Below, in pieces: positions 53,055 to 64,000 of a DNA stretch of 64,000 bases. The notes under the pieces were generated by a model that saw only the letters and a program-made list of their open reading frames with translations, was not told the DNA's origin and did not search any database. Made by a program: the position numbers and the translations under genes. The DNA is from Selaginella moellendorffii (taxonomy: Eukaryota > Plantae > Lycopodiophyta): assembly GCF_000143415.4 (NCBI RefSeq), contig NW_003314299.1, positions 1,100,063 to 1,164,062 on the forward strand, written 5' to 3'. Position 1 is the first letter of the stretch; every line of letters begins with the position of its first letter.

Positions 53055-53896
53055 ATGGCAGCAGCATGTCCTTGCGCTTCCGTCTCCCGGCCTGGAATGC
53101 TCTCGAGCATGGGTTTTCTCAGAAATCAATGCTATCAGCTCCAGAAGAGAGTGGCATTTCCCGCAAGAAGCTGGACACGCAGATTGGCTACTGTCGCATA
53201 TATGGAGAATTCGAGCAGCAACCCAGTCGCCAAGCTCGTTAGTTCACTCCCTATCGTGGGTCTGTTCATGAGGATACTCAGTGACGAAGGTGGAATAGGA
53301 GGTGATAGAGTGGATTTTCCGGACTTTTACACAAGGGTGCAGAAGAGATGTCCGGAGGACGCGTCAGGAGCGTTCGCTCGTTTTGTAGAGCGCCACGGCA
53401 AGGTAGATTTTTACTTCGCAACTAAGAACTCATTTTTTTTCCCTTTCTTCTTCCAGGTAGCGAAGCCAATGTTCGTGCTTGTTTGGTGCTGGGTAGCTGC
53501 AGTCGGCGCTGGTCTCCTTAAAAGTGAGGACATTGCAATGGCGGCTTCTCGTCTCAGAGTTTCTTACGACGTCCAGTACGAGGTCGACTGCTTTGGCCTT
53601 CTCATGGACGAAGCTCTACAGGTTCGGGAGCATCTCTGTCTTCACAGTTTCGTAATCTCACGCAGCTTGTTTTCGTTTAGAAACGAAGAAAGTCTAATTC
53701 ACCAGTTCCGGACGTGCCAATGATCACACGGATCGATAAAGCTCTAGACGGGATTTGTGCGTGCTCCATCGGGACAAAAAAAATCTCCAAGGAGGACGCT
53801 GAGCTGCTCTCCAAGATGATGTCGGCAGTCTTTCCGGGAGTCCCAGCACGCGAGATTGATGAGCTCGTCGAAACTCGAGTGTCCAGTGCAAGCTGA
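53055..53896 (+). CDS. PSA3: Photosystem I assembly factor PSA3-like, 3 exons
   Basis: Transit peptide, SSLPIVGLFMRILSDEGG and CWVAAVGAGLLKSE. Confidence 0.85.
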
Positions 53897-54389
53897 GCGA
53901 ACAAAACTAGAGGTACTTTTGATTTTTACACTATTATAATTTTTTTGCTCTCGCAGCACAGCTTGAGATCTCCGCTACTCACTTAATCCTTGATGTGTTT
54001 ACTTTCTCAAGGATTTTCTTGGGAACTAAGAGATGTTTCTCGATTTTAGTCTTGCAAAGCTGAGAGATTGAAGATCCTTTGCTTCTCAAGCGTTGTTTGG
54101 CTTTCCAGGTCTCTCAGCTTTGACGAGAAAACTGTCCCTGCGATTTCGTCGCTAAACAGGTTCGCAAAGCTTTCCTCGTTTTCTTTGCTTAAAGGTCACG
54201 CCATTCCTCTACAGGGAAATGCCATGCTTTGTACAAACGTCCTCTTCTACAAGAGCCTTCTCCTCCAAGACCAATGGCGAAAGCCAAGAACCACCGAGAG
54301 GGAAGTTGGAAAGCTAGCGAAAAACCAAGAACCTCCGAGAAAGGGGAAAAAATGGAAAAGGTAAATTTACACATTGCATTGATCGAAGC

Positions 54390-54950
54390 TCACGACTTTG
54401 GATCCATGGCGTGGAGCTTGGCCAGCCTCTTGCGCTCCTCCCCGCGCAGCTTGGCGCCGGGAGTGAACTTCCTCTTGCACCTCAAGCAGCGCCGCCGCGG
54501 TTGATCGTGCCGGTGATTGTTAAAGTAGTCGAATCGCGTCGCGGATCCACAAAAGATGCATGCCACCGCTGCCGGATCATCCCTGCGCCTCAAATCGCTG
54601 GCCGGAGGAGGAGGAGGAGGAGGAAGAGGAGGGCGAGGCAAATCCTCCGCGCTCGCTGGAGAAGTCACTGCGCTGCTCGATCCCAGAGGCGCTCCGGCAA
54701 ACCCCAGCGTGAGCCATGGTTTCTTGCCGCCAAGGTCGGGAGCGCCAGTGTCTCGAGACGAGGACGACGATGACGACCTCTCGCAGCTCGCGCTCGCGCT
54801 CGTCGATGGGCTCCCGCCCTTGCAGAGCGCGAGGCCCAGATCGAGCTCCTCCCCCGGACGATCCTTGTGATCTTGGGCGATCAAAGTCGCGATTTGGAGC
54901 TCTAGCTTGCGGAGGAGAGTGGTGTCCTGGTGGCGGCGATGATCATCCAT
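54390..54950 (-). CDS. Atypical Dof-like C4 zinc finger protein with EAR motif, copy 2 (intronless)
   Basis: LDLGLAL EAR motif, PWLTLG, poly-Pro and C-terminal CIFC-x20-CLRC. A TATA box (CTATATAAA, minus strand) lies ~60 nt upstream. Confidence 0.75.
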   Translation of the reverse strand: MDDHRRHQDTTLLRKLELQIATLIAQDHKDRPGEELDLGLALCKGGSPSTSASASCERSSSSSSSRDTGAPDLGGKKPWLTLGFAGAPLGSSSAVTSPASAEDLPRPPLPPPPPPPASDLRRRDDPAAVACIFCGSATRFDYFNNHRHDQPRRRCLRCKRKFTPGAKLRGEERKRLAKLHAMDPKS

Positions 54951-55002
54951 GGAAGAGAAGAAGAGAGGAAAAGGAAGAGAAAAAAGCAATGCATTACTTT
55001 AG

Positions 55003-55190
55003 CTTTAGGGTTTATATAGAGCCACCGACAATAAAAGGGAACTGACGTGTCTAGAAAGATTTATATGAGAGCTAATTTTTACTATGGAATTAAAGTCGTT
55101 ATGTGACTAGGATTTAGGGTTAAAGCCCAGGGGTTAAAGTAGTTTAGGGTTAGGGTTTATAGCTTTTTAAAGTCCTGGTTTAGGGCTTTA
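55003..55190. promoter_or_regulatory. Bidirectional promoter with telo-boxes and a site II element
   Basis: TTTAGGG at ~55004, 55113, 55143 (TTTAGGGTTAGGGTTT) and 55179, plus AAGCCCA at 55123. This combination is typical of translation/RNA-processing genes. Confidence 0.6.
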
Positions 55191-55196
55191 GCGGGA

Positions 55197-58398
<3,202 letters not shown>

Positions 58399-58999
58399 CA
58401 AAAACTTCATGACACACACACACACATGCTAGACTTGTTTTGGATCTTTGTGTTGATTAAACACAGGAAACTATGATGTTTTGGACTGGAGCCCTTGACT
58501 CTGACTACGAGCATGACAGTGGAAGTTACATTTTTAAATGGCAAAGCACACGAGAGAAGATTAAAGAAAATGGCCAGTGGGACTGACTGGAAGAACATGC
58601 ATCTCATCAGAGATAGAAAGTTACACCTCAATTTAAAATCTTTTTCTTTTTTACACAAACATTAAACAGTAGCATAAGGTGGGATGGTATCCATCCACAC
58701 TTTTTTTCATTTTGATGGGCAGACAACACAAAACTTGCAATAAATTAAAAGAATCCTCCACTACACAGAGAGGTGGCATGGTATCCATCCAAACCGAGGA
58801 TCTCCTGTGCAAATCCTACAGGCTCAAACGATACCTTACGCTCTCACTCTCTCCAGGCTCCCAAATTTTTACACTAGACCTCTACACTACACTCACCAAC
58901 AAAGCAAGAAATAAAGAAAGAGAGAGAAGGAGAGATAGGTAACTTACATCCTCCCTTTGAAGACGAAGAAAGCTCGAGTGTGTGTGGCTCCCCAAAAAT

Positions 59000-61829
59000 T
59001 TACACGCTGCTTCCAGGTGCGGTGGTGCGGTAACTGGCGACTCTGATCTTGGCCCGCTCACCGCTCGCCGCATTTATGTACACGAAAACGAAGCTCTCGA
59101 GCGGATTCAAGGAGCTCCGCCAGTGAGGGAAGGTGAATGATCCGTCGCCCGCGTCGCTGCTGCTGCTGCTGCTAGTGCTGCTAGTGCTCCTGCTAGTGCT
59201 GCTGCCGCTACTGGATGTACGCGTCAATCCCCAATACTGGCCCTCTTGAAGCCGATTGATTTGGAGAACGATGGCTTTTACCGTCCGCCTCCTCGATGTG
59301 TTCTTCACTGTCACCTCGTACTTGTACTGGACCTGGCCTTCCAAAGTCCACGAGCCCACCAGCCTTTGCCGGATGGACAGCACTGATTTCACGCCACCTT
59401 TTAGTGGAGAAAAGCAAAGCACGGAGTAAGTATACGATTGTTAAAAGAGAGTGGACTCTCTTTACGAAGAGAAGCTTACGTGGTATCGTCTTTAAAGCCG
59501 TTCTTACTGCTCCCACCAACGACGTCTTTGAGGCCTTGAGCTCTGCGAAACCAAAGAGAAAACGTAAGTTCTTGAGCACTCACTCACTCTAGCCGTAAGA
59601 AAGAGAGATAGATTCCTGCCTGATTGCTGGTAGCGGTGGTCTTGTAGCAATCTGGCCAGGATGCCGATAAGCGGCCCAGTGTTATACGTCGCGGGCTCGG
59701 TCTGCTCGAAGTTGTATCTCTCGTCGGCGAAGTTATCGTACAGGTCGGGACCGCCGACGAGCGCGCCAATGAGGACGTTTGGGTCGCTCATCTTGCGCAG
59801 GTACCAGCTGCTGTAGCCGCCCCGGCAGCTGACAAAGGCATTGTCGACTTTGATGGACACGATGGACGATGCCCGGTGGTGGACCTGGCGGGGATAGTTC
59901 TGACCAAAACCGATGAGGTAGCTCGTTGCTCTTGGATTGTCTCCTAGGATGTAGTCCACCTGGGGCAGCATATAACAGACTCGCATTAAAAACTTGGTCG
60001 AGGGGTTCTTGAAGAAGGGAATTGGACTAACCTGGGACTTTGCGAGTGCTAGAAGCTCACTGGAGTCGGAGCTCAGCCTGGGGCATTGCAGTTGCTGGCG
60101 TGACGACGCGAGGTAGTCAGAGTACACAGTTAACAAGAAAGATGCAGTTACAACGTACTGCATGTTGTTCCAAGATCTCACGTACATCAATCCGCCTGAG
60201 AGAGACAAAGAAATTAAAGAGCAATGGTCAGCCAGAGGGTGTACAAACTTGGAAGAAAAAAAACATGGGTCCAAAAAAAAGAAAAAAAAAACGAAGAAAA
60301 GCTCACCAGGCGTTCTTGGCAGGTGAAAGCCGTTATTTTTCTGAAGAGCAGCACAAAGGAAGAATTGTGCCTTGGATTGAAACAGCTCCAGCGTTGGAAT
60401 GTGTCGTGGAGAAGCTCGTCCTTGCATGAGAATCTGCAGCTCATGAATAAGCCATGTTCAATAGCCAGTTAAAAAAATGCTACCTTCGATGCAAGAACTT
60501 GAACTCCTGGATACTTCACGTCCCAGGAGAACTCCATAAGCCCCCAGATTGTGCCCCCCAACGCTCCGCCGTTATCGACAGCGTAATCGAGATACTGCTC
60601 GTCTCCAGTCGCTTCGTAAAGCCACAGGGACGCCCACAGAAGTTCATCCTGGAAAAGACCAGTTACCAGAATATCTCAGTCACCAGCTGTTGCTGAGACG
60701 TAAAGACCTTACCGCGTAGCCACTCTTGGAAGTGTAAAAATTTTGCGCGAGGCGGATGCTACTGTCGTACTTCCCGCGATACTTGTCCGCGAATTCAAAC
60801 AGCTGGTAAGACACCAAAATCGAAGGAACAGGGAAGTGAGTACCGAGTATACAAAGAAAACGCGAAACAGGAACAAAACAATGAAATGCCAGCCATGGGT
60901 GATAAGCGCTCCGGACCGACGAAAAGACAAGAATGACGAAAACAGAGCCGAAAACGAGGAGATACCAGCAAGGGGATATAGAGAGGTGACCTGTTTGGAA
61001 TGTTCTACGAGCAGATCTGAGTAAGTCGGGTCAGAGCTACGCAACGCGATAGATGCCGCGGCCATTGCTGCCGCCGTTTCGCCCGCAAGGTCGGATCCAG
61101 GGTTGCTGGTGTCGATCTTGTAAGCACGGCGCGAAGTGGTCATGTCTTCTGGCCGCTGCCAGCAACCATGGTCGTTCAGGCCATCGCCCACCTACAAAAT
61201 CGAGAACTTTGGGTAAGAACACGAATCCACATTCACCAAAGAAACGTGAGTAAAGTGAAAGATTTTAAGAATGTGAGCTCTAAAAATCTTAGCTACTGGC
61301 TAGTCTTTGAAAGAAAGGGGTTCTATACCTGGCCCCACAGCTCGAATGGCGCAGTGTGAGCTTTGAGGAAGTAATCGGTGCCCCATTTGATGGCTTCTTT
61401 CGCGAATCCCATCTGGCCGGCGCCATCGATCTGCTTGCCATACTCGATGGCGCTCCAAGACAGCATTGTGATCGTGAAGGCCATTGGGAGGCCAAACTTG
61501 ACATTGTCGCCGGCGTCGTAGTAGCCGCCGACTAGATCAACCTGGGCAAAGAAAGAAAGAACGAGGGGTGTGAGAAACCCGGGCAAAATATTTCGACGAT
61601 CGAGCAAGAAAGAAGCGCTTACGCCCTGGGATTTGCCGTCGTCGAGCGCCGAATCCCCCCGCCAAGACGCCCGCTGGCTCGGCGGCAGCCTCCCGGATCG
61701 CTGCGCCTCGTAATACAAGAACGTCTTGCCCAGCGCATCCGAGTAATCGAACGCCAGCGCCGATTCGAGCAATGCAGCTACCAGAACCGCGCCCAGGCAC
61801 GCGCAAATCGATGCATTCCTCCTCGACAT
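59000..61829 (-). CDS. GH9 class C endo-1,4-beta-glucanase with C-terminal CBM49, multi-exon
   Basis: [35 protein letters not shown] and CBM49 (YEVTVKN..WGL..FVYI). Confidence 0.94.
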
Positions 61830-62137
61830 CACTCCGCCGGCACGAAATTTCTGGAAATTTCCGCTCACACTTGCGAAATCTCTCACAGATGCGCGCGCCA
61901 GGCGCCAGAATATCACTGCACACGCCCGGATCGACAGCAAAACGATCGATAACGGGCAATGCTGGAAGAATCAGGGTAAAGAAAGATCGATCTAAAGCTA
62001 TAGCATCAAGAACCCTAAAAACACGACGATCGTGGAATGGTGTATAGAAGTAGCAGCAGTGGCTAGCTAACAGCTTCAGCCGACAACAATTTCCTTTCCA
62101 TCTATCTTTCTTTCTTTTTTTTACCGTGCGTGCTGGT

Positions 62138-62206
62138 TAGCCGTTAGACGACAATGCTGCGGTAACTTTATCTTTTCCCTCTCCAGTGACGGGTAGTTAG
62201 CCGTTG
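62138..62206 (-). promoter_or_regulatory. Two MSA-type (MYB3R) elements upstream of GH9C
   Basis: Minus strand TCTAACGGCTA (62138-62148) and CAACGGCTAA (62197-62206). Confidence 0.5.
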
Positions 62207-62869
62207 CGAGGGCGTGCGATACGACAATGAAGAAAATGTTTTGACCGGCAGATCCATCCGGGGTTAAACTTTATTTGGCAATTGACTTTGGGTAAAATAG
62301 ACAAGTCTGGAGAACTTATGGTGACCACGACGAAAGAAGGAAACTGTTGCATTTGCTAGCCATGTGAGGGGTTCCAGGTATCGCATGTGCCGGGCGCGAA
62401 TAAAATAGAATATCTCAGTGATGACTGGTGAATTTAAGTGCGAATATTATTTATTTTGTAACAGTATAATATTTTGCTTTAATTGGTTAATTTAATATTA
62501 TGCAAATAATTATAAATTAAAGCTGTGAATATACAATTAACCCAAAAACGTTAGCTTATATATAAAAGTGAGTGGTCCAGTGAGTGGTCCAGATTGAAAC
62601 TAATCAAATAACTATTAAAATCCTATAACACTAATAATAGTATATAACATTACTCACCATCCCCTTCTTTAAGAAGGATAGAAAGTAATTAAAATTCTTT
62701 GGTTGATGGGGATTTAAAGGAACATTAGGAGGAAGTATTGATAGTGCTATTTATTTTTTATCCCTTTGTATGAAGTGTTTTAGTTATTGTGTATATACAA
62801 TTTTTGGAGGATTGTTATGTTGAATGTTTTGTTGAACCTTATAAACTTGTGGTATAACTTGCTACAACA

Positions 62870-64000
62870 GTTAATAAGGTTAAATTTCTACATGGTGAGA
62901 GGAGAAGGGGTGATGGAATGGATTTTTGGCAATTTTCCAACAAAAATTGTGATCTTGGAGATTTAAAACAACCCAAAAACACAAGTTTTTTATCATTCAT
63001 CAGGCATACTTTTTTAATAAAATATAATTACAAACTTTTTGATACAGATATTGATGTGAATATCAAAAACAAGATGCTCATGAAACATCCTTTACAGTTG
63101 CTGAATCTACACTAAAGTCAAAACCTAGAAGTATAAGCGTGCAATTTTTTAGTCAAATAATTTTACAAATGGCTTGATTATGTGTTGAGTTGTAGTCATT
63201 GCAAATGGTGTTGAGTCAAACTTTTGACTTCATCTTTGGTATGGATTGGTTGCAGCACAATCATGCCTAATGTGACTTTGTATTATCATAGAAAGCATTG
63301 TAATAAGAATGGAATTTCTTGTTATGGTCAACTTAACCTGACTAGAGCAAAGTCATTATTTCCTCAAAAGCTTTCAGCAAATATTCGACATTATATGATT
63401 TATATGATCCATTAAGATTTCACATCAAATCAGATTTATAATAAGTATATACAGATTGTGGAAAGGAATAAGTCATCTGGTGAACCTCTTTGTCGAAATG
63501 ATTTTCTAACTATGTAGAATATTAACAATTTGCATAGAAAGTATTTGCTTTCAACTTATCAACTACATAAAAATGATGTACAAAGTGTATATATTTAGAA
63601 AAACACAAATCCTGAGAAAATATTTTCTTATCACAAAGGTGATCGAGGTAAAGATTATTTTAGCATTGAGATTCAAACAACTTAGCAACTGCAAAAGATG
63701 GTAGACTTTGCAAATAATAATTTGTTCAGTTTTGATGCAACTTTTAAAATTAATCGCTACAAAGTAAAATTTTATTTATTTTTAAGTGAATAACATTTAA
63801 TAATTTATAGTTCCCATTATATACCATGCTTATTTTTCATTATCATGGAAATGATCTTCCAATTGCATGGGTTTTAACTTTTAGTGAGAAAGGAGAACAT
63901 ATGAAGGATTGGATGATAGTTTTTAAAAAACAAGTTTTAAAACACATTTCAGATTGAAAACCATATGTGATAGTGATTAATGATGCTAAAGTAGAGATTA
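62870..64000 (+). pseudogene. MULE/SWIM-type transposase remnant, running off the window end
   Basis: IQTT*QLQKMVDF..FDATFKINRYK|FPLYTML..LPIAWVL. Stops at 63683 and 63955 replace probable Trp codons. AT-rich. Confidence 0.75.

Noticed and set aside
62568-62592. GTGAGTGGTCCA direct duplication as a TSD or transposon footprint
   Set aside because: No associated terminal inverted repeat could be identified.

Overview
Eukaryotic nuclear DNA from a land plant with a very compact genome. Introns of about 50-70 nt, a Selaginella-style PLS PPR gene and a flagellar TTC29 orthologue point to a lycophyte, most likely Selaginella (inference). Bases 1 to about 17.3 kb are a nested block of decayed Ty3/gypsy LTR retrotransposons: two copies of one ~1.1 kb LTR, PBS and PPT signals, gag/PR/RT/IN remnants, plus a kinase-like fragment. 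Bases ~17.3-62.2 kb are densely packed genes: YidD-like, CCCH TZF, beta-expansin-like, HAD hydrolase, CIA30, PRP39, TTC29, nsLTP, PPR, DUF1685, TRB/SMH, YqaJ exonuclease, AVT1, SKIP14-like F-box, PLR1, OB-fold protein, DUF579/GXM, DExH6-like helicase, PSA3, TRM4/NSUN2 and GH9C. The window ends in a MULE/SWIM-like pseudogene. Two observations stand out. First, two paralogous genes 9 kb apart encode a non-canonical, C-terminal Dof-like Cx2Cx20Cx2C finger, and one also has an EAR repression motif. Second, an unusually long PRP39 intron hides candidate poison cassette exons with a hairpin next to the 5' splice site. All identifications come from motif recognition by eye; no database searches were run, and some exon boundaries are approximate.
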